From assembly GCA_030688365.1 (NCBI GenBank), contig JAUYIE010000003.1, forward strand, positions 30,417 through 94,416: a DNA stretch of 64,000 nt. The letters are read 5' to 3'. Source of the stretch: a bacterium. Lineage in GTDB: Bacteria > Patescibacteriota > Patescibacteriia > JACQRZ01. The notes beneath the pieces were generated by a model. That model was given only the letters and a program-made list of their open reading frames with translations, searched no databases and had not been told where the DNA came from. The first letter of the stretch is position 1; each line of letters begins with the position of its first letter. This document shows positions 29,201 through 37,680 of the stretch, piece by piece. A program made the position numbers and the translations under genes.

Positions 29201-30621
29201 ATGTTGTCACGTTGGCGAGACCGTACTGTTGGAACAAATTTTACTTTCTTGTTTCGCGCCGCGGTAACACCAACATATTGAAAAGTATCAACGCTATAGA
29301 TACCACTTGCCTGCGTCTCCACCAAACCACTCTTAAACCAATCAGTTGCTTTAGAAAGTAATGATTTTTTAAACGAGTCCATGACCACTGATCCCAAGTC
29401 TACCATTAAATTACCTGTCAACTGCGATGGCTTTGCTGATTCATCAATGGCTTTTGCTGCCAAATATCCTGCGATACTACCGGGAGTTTTGATACTTCCA
29501 CTTACCGTCTCAACCACATTTTTAAACGGAGTTTCTTCTTGTCGTTTTTTCCACGCAACATCCTCTCCTGTATTAATCGCATCTAGGTATGCCAACTGTG
29601 CATTGAACATAATCCCCAACTGGGTAGAATTTGGATCAAATAAATCACCTAAAGCCCGCCAACCCTTTCCACCAAAATCGGATGCGCTTGTACCTGTCTT
29701 TTGTATAAGATCTCCCCAGTTTGTCACTGCCTCTGTTAAGGAACATACGGGTTTGCGGACCGCAGAAGAAGAAACATCAGGAAATAATGTCAAACCTATT
29801 TTAAGTGTCAATTCAGGGGATGGTGAACAAATCACCTTATCCAAAAATTGTTTTGCTTCACTACTAATAGCACCATTTCCACCTGGTCCAAGTTCTTTCT
29901 GGTGTGTTTGAAGTGCATCTAAATATGATTGAGCGTCCTTGGCAACCTTGTCATGCTTTTCGTCAATCGCCGCGCATTTGTTGAGTGACGCTTTATATCT
30001 GGTATCACACTGGTCATCCGGAATTGTCCCATAACATTCATACTGTTCATTGTCTGCGTCTTTGCGACATTGATCTGCTTGATATACAAGCTCTTTTAGA
30101 TCTTCCTTCATGCGGTCGGCAGTAGAATCATGTTCATATTGTGTAATAAATCCATCCACGATCCCTTCCACCAATATTCCCCCCGCGCCACTTGCCGCGT
30201 CAATAAGTGATTGACCCAGTTCCTGAATATTAAAAAGAGGTTGCTGACCTTTGAGCCCTTGTCCGATCCAGTCAAATGTTTGATCAAAAAGCTGGGAGGT
30301 AAATGATCGTGCAAAATAAATCACCGATTGGTAGGTAGCGGCCTCTAACGCTTTTTTAAGCGTATCCCATACCCACTGTAAATCGTCAGGTGTACTTGAA
30401 GTCACATTCACAGGAGCTGACGTACTCTTGCCAACAAGACTTATAGTTTTGTTCACCCCAGTCTTTATTAACTCAAATGACTCTCCAGACGGTATAAAAT
30501 CCAAACCCGAAGCCTCCGCACGTGGAACATCAGTTCTCATTGAAATAAATAAAACTCCCACAATCACGATGCCCGTAATCATTCCCCTCAATAGTCGCTT
30601 CATGGAAGTAAAATCTTTCAT
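20233..30621 (-). CDS. giant (3462 aa) secreted Cys-rich multidomain surface protein
   Basis: Signal peptide ending AEA. Many Cys-rich modules, a CBM-like segment (STFEDG...W...FIDDV), two BACON-like domains and a PKD-like C-terminus (IDWDDG...HTY...ADNWG). Confidence 0.85.
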   Translation of the reverse strand: MKDFTSMKRLLRGMITGIVIVGVLFISMRTDVPRAEASGLDFIPSGESFELIKTGVNKTISLVGKSTSAPVNVTSSTPDDLQWVWDTLKKALEAATYQSVIYFARSFTSQLFDQTFDWIGQGLKGQQPLFNIQELGQSLIDAASGAGGILVEGIVDGFITQYEHDSTADRMKEDLKELVYQADQCRKDADNEQYECYGTIPDDQCDTRYKASLNKCAAIDEKHDKVAKDAQSYLDALQTHQKELGPGGNGAISSEAKQFLDKVICSPSPELTLKIGLTLFPDVSSSAVRKPVCSLTEAVTNWGDLIQKTGTSASDFGGKGWRALGDLFDPNSTQLGIMFNAQLAYLDAINTGEDVAWKKRQEETPFKNVVETVSGSIKTPGSIAGYLAAKAIDESAKPSQLTGNLMVDLGSVVMDSFKKSLLSKATDWFKSGLVETQASGIYSVDTFQYVGVTAARNKKVKFVPTVRSRQRDNIDLMSRLSAEPTIGNPDARVMSDGMATALQTGMTVRSAIRKGYLHTSDLFGFQSNSAQPSPKENLPYDSLVVLRKYRIIPVTWEYAALYIKKYPTVCDNGTKAKSCTLGDMIDGFNDEDSPFFGLVDDTWILQLPPTRCALEGYGPENALTDNDVECIFDTNGDGVIDCGSDFQSGNNNQYDVRVPQMSRQDTCVDEQTCLQSDGNGNCVQGRYGYCIQEQPSWQFDAENCDKQFDSCRSFVNTNKGTTLTALTSTIPAFSNSGGSICTNENKGCQVYSNTRSTDSVHPWVYKPNLPDTDEKEYFNSKVGALECDQSDEGCQLVTNDRSNKDDYYKIAPVTLQCGFEQDGFDSTACKQFVTQCTEDYQGCEYYSSDDGGEDRAGKNPQECESSCAGLQVYTKIANQFDSSEHSVAFIPEKARQCSAQADGCAEFTNLSNETKQYFSTVQACEKTPAEPTPFYSWYGSDTSGFKLSVVNLKTDANDAPVCAPDPKDPDRASDCECDQSTFSEQRDNPLTNTFSCREYINRDGYAFYRDPALIVYQTDDCSEMRRTTGGAEYVISPSHSISCSPSAIGCRRFEGTRSGNIATGLISTFEDGTIGGWQSSTGKLSPSSSGLVADSDSLRVEKKTSDDIEISHGNVMLHNGYGYIVTFYVKGASNATVSASLSSPELSGSYGLGEFLLNTQDDDWERVRFALPNIHTTADSFVAVLHITHDSGEFFIDDVIVSEVQDVVYAIDTKLNVPSSCTAAIDKTRLGAQLGCRLYSDTKGKPVAFTTLDESCKMEFVGCDKFTVHPANGTAYTQYFVPDLDKRCSKNAQSCTAFGIPSLDSNGKVQETGVEIGEAKEKWKTVYYKFDPSHEDTKAAQCQSTEVGCSEYQDPATKSLYYFKDPGTKLCKWSKGDSGRNPGWILEDESEGIVDCNQTPARDIPVVQSGMTALCPQSENNCRAIIDPECQNDGSLRDNYGQGGGGKSACQSAYYIKTAPNKIGGDTCSKVNPAVGCLLFHDPLAEKGKDVYTSHDIYNDPTKDPEGGINLLAGGSAQDANALYQVGLNRQCKVWLACTSSIVVPDLKDSTKSQEICLERRPCDEWGSTDEPCAEFYNPPYVRDSALLGEYSRGGVAVARTLSGIARPNFVFPALSGNDSFTVTGGHDSTFAWDEKSEADASKDQGGRLVNSLITGWNNDDWIRNSCRLYPQKDAPDATQRSWNVLQGYNASGEAVSSKAIPVDACYYQDKNLDRQNGLYGYCLESYPKNNSLFQSKINNVHDAGYQGYCLNWYPVSYIQGQVNVLEGQNALPAYQGPKPLYYCVQSKGGAQGMTPYVPASTDVITGYGVKTRDTSIFRFKDINWPTMQLRDTAFDISNAINADDLIAQGAHIKVVDATTRTSPVHVPTYLSGTLAYGTWGQVLVYKGGEHDVLFNNTELEAYKLRCDTGGVPTTILSQLAFSADIKENGMPLYASAKSGAQARIGSAVITCKLNGVAMPAVNAEFELVDEPYTSGGQTISSQAKILFGGRTGQLTENGDNTLVATKEGAAQLVRVTNVPSGTSVTCGLDDTTTNPDEDYLVKQYEHLDTFGVLDTSRSYSQYEADKTYVAKANSQNYIEFKVKAVKERTQSNSVNDHLIPAYQHPYVYCTFEGGTKPISKPFTLLVEGYTADSGIHKTFVFVDSIMNSLKLAFSNTARVFEHIAQNLSERLPTYRIAAVSGKEYQVIKPALSVSTENVTFNYNQALANETRSVKVSSTTDHPTQQNHPEQLQWRAVVDTARTGKISVGAGFVSDWIVLSQDSGKDGDSLKIGIRSDILGFINRDVVGYVNVYAVGPLEGVWGGETYKTVKVTLDLSAEDETPTETPTATPTIAPEFSRDDSPVQDTFFAKVWYTNLSKNLNEDRVDEENHLRDGMSPIYDAHTPIGIIIDGQKSSPSLCADKAGKYTLRVVYNYLGDGIWHGIPEGKFNQKFESFDYKFKEEMNCDQNFQITIPSASNATGTNTVSGIQYYIVVKNVTEQRVSKSEMLYIDVPDLFKTPVATNCTTDKTKVTATLPLCNNDLVQPHQKLRTDVGIPETQYVPKNYSVNLSKTLSLSLMNTVEGNDPKSNKVPLGYGKVIKTFETCSPGSDDTPPCCRTTTTVTTRDFTGTSLGIDSVTSSNSPAPYCGGGINCPRPTTDTSSYMSWLKEKESGVGTSEDAAPTRIVSGDGGDIVNKCYGAIFNGGSTCISSYDPLAVQTELIHPQDIKDKFLVTDISDPKNTSFKLAPYQGSVVVKGQQVTTTTHTASGCFPTSDSPPVETSLQSIIPVSLVVRPAMDIPSSITMTSGDIRHGKQIIIGSIPRETVYHWRAELKSIQTISRGGTGDLQWLSFSPAAGMSGTPLGLSIVPEVTQFTPSGGTYKAVIKLFATTPVEGESAKEIEVILDLGQPGALSSQTLVSIASVTNIYSDVEPNTQLRSGLNVSTDDSVLILSDGAKEHADTGMKLTPANAFEKSINMDQITQIDYTIEHRTRNTLPGQDWTKTYMPRIGEGPYFVTVTYGGGSGTINEDGWAFTGKDARPILTALPKPDYAQYRELRRLAPPPVISTTAKTEFTMVAASAQATDVTPDTVFGAGCQAQTSGGIGRDFIGIKPVPAPDGTIQYWQWRYCDDSTWNWDDRQMMDMFVSITIYVRDYCTNIVQVVKEDGEAVPWQSKLADPTTPKDRSGAPFIEYEDPPGVLSSSGEISKYMSLIPPTSKPEQWAQPIDIINDDDLSIAHAQSLSVEAIRRASSICLGGSRNGQICTTTSDCSSEGKCFGSRAAELSERNGNGTALLKKYFATGYTEWHWDTTYKKYIQIGDSPLYTPPTNAYCAATKNLNGTQTVTDTIERKAGRCAVQPRVLRANGAKTSVVDGFSIVSKPNGKTVEIHFNSSVDDQQKPLRMISIDWDDGHGKQSVYYSDNDRPLTALLSQNNYTSFLAPHGEHQFVHTYFNDRAKGKRICVEIADNWGAKNVETCEIVQ

Positions 30622-30623
30622 AT

Positions 30624-31499
30624 CTATTGATTACTACTATTGGCCACCGCCTTTAAAAATAAATCCTTAAGTGTCGCGTCATCAATCAATGAAAGTTGTG
30701 CTTCCGGAATCAATCCTGAAGCACGCACGAGATCACGAATCTGTGCCGGTGTATATTGCGAGTAGTCTGTATTGATAGTTGACGATGCTTTTGTATCAGT
30801 TCCAGATATCTCACTCATCCCGACCGCACCATTCCCAGAGGATGGTATGTTGGCAAGAGGTGCAGGAGACACTGGTGACGATTTTGTATTCGCAATAGTT
30901 TCTTTGTATGTCTGTAACAAAGTAGCATCATCAAATTGTGCAATCTCCTGATCTGTCATACCTTGTTCTCGAAGCATAGATCGCAGTTCATTAGGAGTTG
31001 GATCAACGCTGGCCGATAACAATGCCTGGTCAGTAGCCGTAACCCCCACATTGCTGACAACACCAGGTAGCTCTCCCGCCAATCCCCCTTCAGTTTTTGT
31101 TGTAAGATCTTGTCTGAAACAATTTTGTCCGTCGGGACAATTTGGATCGTGATTGGTAGCGATCTCTGTTTTGTCATCAAACCCATCACTGTCCGTATCT
31201 TTCAAATATGGACTTGTTTGATAGACATACAATTCGTCAAAATCACTAATAGTATCTTCATCAGAATCTTGAGATTTCAGACTCTCCATCCGCATCGCTG
31301 TTTGCATCTGTTCAGTCATATCAACCTGCGCCACTGCAGACACAGTCTGATCAGGAGCAAATGGACTGTGAACACTTCGTACAAGACTCAACGATCCAAC
31401 TGCAACACCTATAACCGACAAAAAAATAATAATCCCCATGACCACATTTTTTGGTGGAGTTGGTGTTTGTGTTTGTGTGTTTATTTCATCTTCATTCAT
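30624..31499 (-). CDS. membrane-anchored protein with DxDxD(G) Ca-binding, thrombospondin-type-3-like repeats
   Basis: N-terminal TM; DSDEDTISDFDE and DTDSDGFDDKTE. Confidence 0.75.
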   Translation of the reverse strand: MNEDEINTQTQTPTPPKNVVMGIIIFLSVIGVAVGSLSLVRSVHSPFAPDQTVSAVAQVDMTEQMQTAMRMESLKSQDSDEDTISDFDELYVYQTSPYLKDTDSDGFDDKTEIATNHDPNCPDGQNCFRQDLTTKTEGGLAGELPGVVSNVGVTATDQALLSASVDPTPNELRSMLREQGMTDQEIAQFDDATLLQTYKETIANTKSSPVSPAPLANIPSSGNGAVGMSEISGTDTKASSTINTDYSQYTPAQIRDLVRASGLIPEAQLSLIDDATLKDLFLKAVANSSNQ

Positions 31500-31697
31500 A
31501 TACCTTACTGTACCCAGTAATTATACCGTCTTTGAGGTTAATTTTATAGTCCTATGGCAAACAAAATCTGCACCAATGATTATCAAGCACGTATCCAATC
31601 ACAATTCTTATAACCAAAAGAAAAAAAATAATTATATGTGAATTTTTTCTTAAATAAAAAAATAAGCTAATTTTGCTCATCCACAGTTATCCAGTGT

Positions 31698-32489
31698 TTA
31701 ATCCAAAAGTTGGTGTGTAAGCTCAATCCATTGTTGAACAGATAAATCTTGAGCTCGAGCCGTTGACTGCACACCACACCTCTCCATTGCGTCAATAATA
31801 TCCTGTCTCAAAAGAGATGTACCTTCAGCAATATTTGATACGAGTAGTTTACGTTTTTTTGCAAAACCACAGCGAGCCAACGAAAGGATTTTTTCAGGAT
31901 CGTACGTTTGCACATTGGTTTTAACTGGCGACAGCTGCACAACTGCACTTTGTATATTTGGACGAGGGCGGAAGGATGCAGATGAAACATCAAAACACTT
32001 TTTTACTTTAGCATATAACTGTACAGACAAAGATAATAAACTCATCTCTCCGGGACCGGATACGAGGCGTTGTGCAACTTCCTTTTGAACCATAAGTACC
32101 GCGCGAGATGTGTGAGGTGTTACTTGTAATATCATTTTAATCAATATGGATGTAATATTGTATGGAATATTTGCAACAACAAGATACTGGTTGGTCCCTA
32201 ATTCATTCACAATGACCGGATAACACTTCAACGCATCTCCATAAACGATAGATATCGCTGGATTTGCAACGCTCAACTCGTTTAATGTCTGAATCAAATC
32301 TTTATCCAGTTCAATAGCTATAACCCTTTTTGCCTTCTGTGCGAGTAATGAAGTCATCGCTCCTTGTCCTGGACCTATCTCAATTACCACTTCATCAGGT
32401 TTAATGTCAGCTTGATTTACAATCTTTTTGACGATATTTTTATCAATGAGAAAGTTTTGCCCAAATCTGCGTTGTGCAATATGACTCAT
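31698..32489 (-). CDS. rsmA: 16S rRNA m6,6A dimethyltransferase
   Basis: FGQNFL, EIGPGQG, ANIPYNIT, MVQKEVA. Confidence 0.96.
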   Translation of the reverse strand: MSHIAQRRFGQNFLIDKNIVKKIVNQADIKPDEVVIEIGPGQGAMTSLLAQKAKRVIAIELDKDLIQTLNELSVANPAISIVYGDALKCYPVIVNELGTNQYLVVANIPYNITSILIKMILQVTPHTSRAVLMVQKEVAQRLVSGPGEMSLLSLSVQLYAKVKKCFDVSSASFRPRPNIQSAVVQLSPVKTNVQTYDPEKILSLARCGFAKKRKLLVSNIAEGTSLLRQDIIDAMERCGVQSTARAQDLSVQQWIELTHQLLD

Positions 32490-33727
32490 ACAGTATTTGG
32501 AGTAATTTTGATACCTCGGTGAATCAAGGATAGATACAGCAGTGAGAAGAGTCCTCCAAGCAAAAATACAAGATTCCAGTGTCCGCCTCCAAAATAAAAC
32601 ATTGCTGCAACGCTCATCGCCGCAAGAATCTTACCTATGGCTAAACCCATCTCAAAACGAATAACTGATTTGATAACATGTTTACTTTTTAATGCGTCCC
32701 TATACACCTCAACAGTAATAGGTAGTTGTACTGGGTAACGTACCATTCGACTAAATGTATCACTAATCAATATCCATATCCCGGTCATAGAAAAAATACG
32801 AAGAACCCATGATGATATATATAAATAGATTCCAGTTCTCATAATATGATTTTCATTCTTTCTGTCGGCAATCCTTCCTACGTACAAGAGAACCATACTG
32901 CTGATAACAGTACTAGTAGCTACCAGTGTCCCCAGTCCCACTATGTTGGTTAAAACAACATATGCAAAAATCGGCCACGCAAATTGCCATACCAACTCTT
33001 CTCCATATCCAATCAATCCGATTGTTTGACGTCTATGTTCCTTTGTAAATAATTCCCTATAACACTCCTTATATTCCAATCCAGACGGAACAAATACTTC
33101 TTTTGTAAGAAATAATGGAACATTTGAAAGAAGTATCAATAATACAACTACAATAAATAACGCTTGAAAACCAAATAGAGCAATTACAAATCCACCAAAT
33201 AAAGGTCCCAAAATGACAACCAATGAGGCAATTACCTGCATGATCCCCAGTTCACGCCCCTCCTCGGCTGACTTACCAAAAAATACAAAGTCACCATGAA
33301 ATGCCGGCCAGAAAAACATCTTTTGTAGCGCATACGCAATGACTGCTAAATAGAGAAATCCACTGGAGTGTGGGATCTCAAACAAGAAGATATAGTAAAG
33401 AACAAGAAAAAATGATCCAAATACCATACCATGAGCAAAACCTTTTCGCTTTACAAATTTTCCACCCAACGGTATTAAAAAAAAGTACACTACGTACACT
33501 GCGCAATAAAAAAGCATAATGGCATACACCGGGTAACCCAAAGTATAGAGATATATAGGTTCAAATAAACTTACAGCCGCGAGAGCAAAGCTCTGAATCC
33601 ATACACTCACAAATAACTCCTTCATTTGAGGGGTAAGTTTATGCGGTAAAAAATGTCGTACAAAACGAGTACTTGCTACCAGTGCGGTATCAAAATGAAG
33701 ATGCATGAAGATTGTATTTAGTCGCAA
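32486..33727 (-). CDS. MFS-type transporter
   Basis: About 12 TM helices and GRIADR; start codon uncertain. Confidence 0.8.
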   Translation of the reverse strand: MRLNTIFMHLHFDTALVASTRFVRHFLPHKLTPQMKELFVSVWIQSFALAAVSLFEPIYLYTLGYPVYAIMLFYCAVYVVYFFLIPLGGKFVKRKGFAHGMVFGSFFLVLYYIFLFEIPHSSGFLYLAVIAYALQKMFFWPAFHGDFVFFGKSAEEGRELGIMQVIASLVVILGPLFGGFVIALFGFQALFIVVVLLILLSNVPLFLTKEVFVPSGLEYKECYRELFTKEHRRQTIGLIGYGEELVWQFAWPIFAYVVLTNIVGLGTLVATSTVISSMVLLYVGRIADRKNENHIMRTGIYLYISSWVLRIFSMTGIWILISDTFSRMVRYPVQLPITVEVYRDALKSKHVIKSVIRFEMGLAIGKILAAMSVAAMFYFGGGHWNLVFLLGGLFSLLYLSLIHRGIKITPNTV

Positions 33728-33777
33728 AGCATGATAATCTAATGCGTATTATAAGTATACCATGATTCACACTCTAT

Positions 33778-35130
33778 ATGTCTATATATAAAGGATACGA
33801 TATTCGTGGAATAGTTCCCAGTGAAATTAATGCAGATCTAGCATATACGCTTGGGTGCGCATTTGCTTGTTATATCCGCAATTTAAAAACTGATGGACAA
33901 AAGTTACGCATTCTTGTATCTCGTGACAACAGATCTACATCCAATGAATTGTCTGAACAACTCATAGCAGGTCTCATGTCACAAGGTGTCCAATGTATTG
34001 ATATCGGCCTAGCAGCAACACCGATTTTTTATTTTGCATCTGATCACCTAGGTTGTGATGGAGGTATTATGGTTACCGCATCACATAATCCAGCACAATA
34101 TAATGGTTTCAAAATCGTACGCGAAGAATCTATTCCGATAGGTCTTGATTCAGGACTGCTTGATATACAAACCCTTGTTGAAAGAGCTGACTTTCCTCCG
34201 CAGACCGTCGGTTCAGTGGAGAAGAAAGAAATAATTGACCAATATATTGTCAACCAAAAAAACATATTGGAAATGACTGACACGAAAAATCTTACGATCG
34301 CTATTGATACGGGGAATGGTGTTTCTGTTTCAATGATCAAACCCTTCATGGAGACGTTGAACACACATATGATTCCGTTATATTTTGAAATGGACGGTAC
34401 ATTTCCAAACCACGAACCTAACCCATTGAAATATGAAAACATAAAAGATTTATGTGAATTAGTTCGTTCCAAAAAGGCAGATTGCGGTATCGCATTGGAT
34501 GCAGATGGAGATCGCGTTATTTTTGTAGACGAACATGGCGAGCCAGTGTCATCGGACTTTATTTCTGCACTGGTGATCGTAGAGCTTTTAAAAAATGTAC
34601 CGGGCGCAACTATCCTGTATGATGTTCGATCTTCTCATGTGGTACGAGAAACCATTCAAGAACATGGCGGTACTCCACACGTCACACGTGTCGGACATGC
34701 GTACATTAAAGAAAGAATGCGCTCGTTGGATGCGCTTTTTACTGGTGAAGTATCAGGCCACTTTTACTTCAAAGATACACATTATTACGAAGCACCACTT
34801 CTGACGATAGGAATGATTTTGAAAGCTATGATGAAAAAAAATATTCCACTTTCACAACTCATAGCACCATACAAAAAATATTGTTCAACAGGTGAAGTAA
34901 ACTTTACAGTCAGCGATAAAGATGCGGTTGTTAGACGAATAAAGGATCACTTTGCACCTGACGCAAAGGTTACATCTGAAATTGATGGTATTACCATGGA
35001 GTTTGACGAATGGTGGTTTAATGTCCGTCTATCAAACACCGAGGATGTCCTTCGTCTAAATATGGAAGCAACATCCCAAGAAATGTGTGATGACAAACGA
35101 GCCGAAATTGAGAATATTATAAAACAATGA
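33778..35130 (+). CDS. phosphomannomutase/phosphoglucomutase
   Basis: YDIRG, TASHNP, DADGDR, GEVSGH. Confidence 0.95.
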   Translation: MSIYKGYDIRGIVPSEINADLAYTLGCAFACYIRNLKTDGQKLRILVSRDNRSTSNELSEQLIAGLMSQGVQCIDIGLAATPIFYFASDHLGCDGGIMVTASHNPAQYNGFKIVREESIPIGLDSGLLDIQTLVERADFPPQTVGSVEKKEIIDQYIVNQKNILEMTDTKNLTIAIDTGNGVSVSMIKPFMETLNTHMIPLYFEMDGTFPNHEPNPLKYENIKDLCELVRSKKADCGIALDADGDRVIFVDEHGEPVSSDFISALVIVELLKNVPGATILYDVRSSHVVRETIQEHGGTPHVTRVGHAYIKERMRSLDALFTGEVSGHFYFKDTHYYEAPLLTIGMILKAMMKKNIPLSQLIAPYKKYCSTGEVNFTVSDKDAVVRRIKDHFAPDAKVTSEIDGITMEFDEWWFNVRLSNTEDVLRLNMEATSQEMCDDKRAEIENIIKQ

Positions 35131-37652
35131 TTGAACACAACCATACAAAGGCATTGTCAAAAATTCCTAACGCTACTGTCTTTCGTTTTGACGGATATGT
35201 TTTTGATAAAAAAAAGAAATGGATTTCATTTAATTTCGCTATTGAATTTGCCAACAAACCTACATCTGTTTTTACGGAAAAAATACTTCTTCCCCGCTCT
35301 CTCACTTTTTTAAATAAAAACTTAACCGACGACGATGTTGCAAGATTTCTCCAACCACTTCATATCATCCTAGGTATCAGTTACTACAAACTCTACTGTC
35401 CCCCCAAACTAACACTCCCCTTTGCTCTGAACAAAAAACAAGCAGATTTTTGGGATACCGTATACCAAAAAGGTCTTGGCGAATTTTTATACAGGAACCA
35501 CATTGATCCGGATACTATTGCGCGTTTTCCATTTTTAAAAAAAACAAAGGATACAACGACAGCTAAAACTTCTTATACAAAAACATCAGGTGGCATGAGA
35601 CTTTCCTTACCCAATCGTGCGCTTCTTGGCATAGGAGGTGGAAAAGATTCTTTGGTATGTGCTGAACTATTGAAAAATTTTGATGTAACATCGTTTTTTT
35701 TGGAAACGCAAAAAAAAGACCCAGCCACCCAAAACGTCATACGTATCATTGGTAACCCATCGCTTCACATCAAACGTATCCTTGATCCAAATATATTCCA
35801 ACACCATGTCGGATCCTTTAATGGACATATTCCCATATCCGCCATATATGCATTTATCGGTTTGTTATCAGCCGGGCTATATGGATACAAACACATCATC
35901 GTCGGTAACGAACACACCAGCGATTTTGGTAACCTTATATGGAAAAACACATCAATTAATCATCAATGGAGCAAGTCAGCAGAGTTTGAGTCACTCCTGC
36001 GGGAATATACGCGTGCATTTATTAGTCCAGATATTACATACTTTTCTCTTTTACGACCTTTTTACGAAATCAGAGTTGCAAAAATGTTTTCTCAATATCC
36101 ACAGTATTTTAATTCATTCACGAGTTGTAATAACAACTTCAAAGTATTTAAGAAACGTCCAGAGACATTATGGTGCGGTACGTGTCCAAAATGTGCGTAT
36201 GTATTTTTGTTGCTCGCTGCATTTTTACCTAAAAAAACATTGATAAACATTTTCAAAAAAAATCTACTAGCCGATATAACTCTTACCCCCTTATACAAAG
36301 ATATTCTTGGTTTTGGATCATCAAAGCCGTTTGACTGTGTAGGAACCTTTGAAGAATCACAAGCCGCCCTTTTTCTCGCGTCCAAGCATTTTAAAAATGA
36401 ATCAATAGTACGCACGTTTCTCCCAAAAATAAAAAAACCCCAACAATTGGTTCAAAAAGTTTTTAAAACCTCACCCGCACCTACCGTGCCGGAACAATTC
36501 ATTTTTTCAGGATTAGAAAACGTATGTATTCTCGGATATGGCAAGGAAGGAAAAATTACAAAAAAGTATATTCACAAATACTATCCTCATATAAAAATAG
36601 ATATTCTTGACCAAAGCAGAGACCCTGATTATTTACAAACACAAGATCAGTATGATTTTGCAATCAAAACTCCAGGCATACAAAAATCAAAAGTCACCAT
36701 CCCCTACACCACCGCTACTAATATCTTTTTTTCTCAAATAAACAACCAAGTGATCGGCGTAACAGGCAGTAAAGGAAAAAGTACAACGGCGAGTTTAATT
36801 TATCAGATTTTAAAAACTGCAGGAAAAAAAGTACGCATGGTCGGTAACATTGGTTTTCCGATGTTGGAAGTATTATTAAAAAAAATTGATCCAAAAGAAA
36901 TTTTTGTGGTTGAACTTTCAAGCTATATGCTTGATGATATCCACTACTCACCAAATATTGCGGTATTGCTCAACCTATTCCCTGAACACATGGACTATCA
37001 TGGAAGTATCCAAAATTATTATCAAGCAAAACAAAAAATTTTTGCGTTTCAAAAAACAAATGATATCGCCTTACGACCTCCTTTTCATGTAAAAATTCCT
37101 GTGCCAAAAAATGAGATCCCCTTGCGTGGCACCCACAATATTCAAAATATTAAAGCAGCAATAGCCGTAGCAAAACAATTGAATATAAAGGATGAAATAA
37201 TATCAAAAGCCATACGACAATTTCAAACGCTCCCCCATCGCTTGGAATTTATCGGCACTTATCATGATATTGATTTTTATGACGATGCGATATCTACTAC
37301 ACCACAATCAACCATTAAAGCAATCCAAACACTCCGTACGGTTGGAACAATTTTTCTTGGAGGACAAGATCGTGGATTTGATTTCACTGAACTCGCACAC
37401 GAATTAAAAAAGTATCGCATAAAAAATATCGTTCTGTTTCCTGATAGTGGTAGACGTATATTGCCATTACATCACGACTTCCATGTACTTACCACCAATG
37501 ATATGCAAACCGCCGTAAGATTTGCGTATCGTTACACACCAAAAGGAAAAAGTTGTTTATTATCAACTGCATCTCCAAGTTATTCCTTGTGGAAAAATTT
37601 TGAAGAAAAAGGTAATCTTTTTCAAAAGTTTGTAAAAAAATTTAAACCGTAA
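35127..37652 (+). CDS. fusion of MurL (UDP-MurNAc-L-Ala-L-Glu epimerase) and a MurD/MurD2 ligase
   Basis: N-half: GGGKDS, NGHIP, NHQWSKS, YFSLLRP, SCN, WCGTCPKC, KPFDCVG. C-half: GVTGSKGKSTT, ELSS, HMDYH, LPHRLE, DDAISTTP. Confidence 0.85.
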   Translation: MIEHNHTKALSKIPNATVFRFDGYVFDKKKKWISFNFAIEFANKPTSVFTEKILLPRSLTFLNKNLTDDDVARFLQPLHIILGISYYKLYCPPKLTLPFALNKKQADFWDTVYQKGLGEFLYRNHIDPDTIARFPFLKKTKDTTTAKTSYTKTSGGMRLSLPNRALLGIGGGKDSLVCAELLKNFDVTSFFLETQKKDPATQNVIRIIGNPSLHIKRILDPNIFQHHVGSFNGHIPISAIYAFIGLLSAGLYGYKHIIVGNEHTSDFGNLIWKNTSINHQWSKSAEFESLLREYTRAFISPDITYFSLLRPFYEIRVAKMFSQYPQYFNSFTSCNNNFKVFKKRPETLWCGTCPKCAYVFLLLAAFLPKKTLINIFKKNLLADITLTPLYKDILGFGSSKPFDCVGTFEESQAALFLASKHFKNESIVRTFLPKIKKPQQLVQKVFKTSPAPTVPEQFIFSGLENVCILGYGKEGKITKKYIHKYYPHIKIDILDQSRDPDYLQTQDQYDFAIKTPGIQKSKVTIPYTTATNIFFSQINNQVIGVTGSKGKSTTASLIYQILKTAGKKVRMVGNIGFPMLEVLLKKIDPKEIFVVELSSYMLDDIHYSPNIAVLLNLFPEHMDYHGSIQNYYQAKQKIFAFQKTNDIALRPPFHVKIPVPKNEIPLRGTHNIQNIKAAIAVAKQLNIKDEIISKAIRQFQTLPHRLEFIGTYHDIDFYDDAISTTPQSTIKAIQTLRTVGTIFLGGQDRGFDFTELAHELKKYRIKNIVLFPDSGRRILPLHHDFHVLTTNDMQTAVRFAYRYTPKGKSCLLSTASPSYSLWKNFEEKGNLFQKFVKKFKP

Positions 37653-37680
37653 AACTTTTAAATCATTGAGTTTGTTCTTG

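Noticed and set aside
8653-31499. T4SS cluster as the conjugation module of the integrase-bearing element (ICE)
   Set aside because: It lies outside the att repeats, on the other side of the tRNA, among core genes, and no relaxase is visible.
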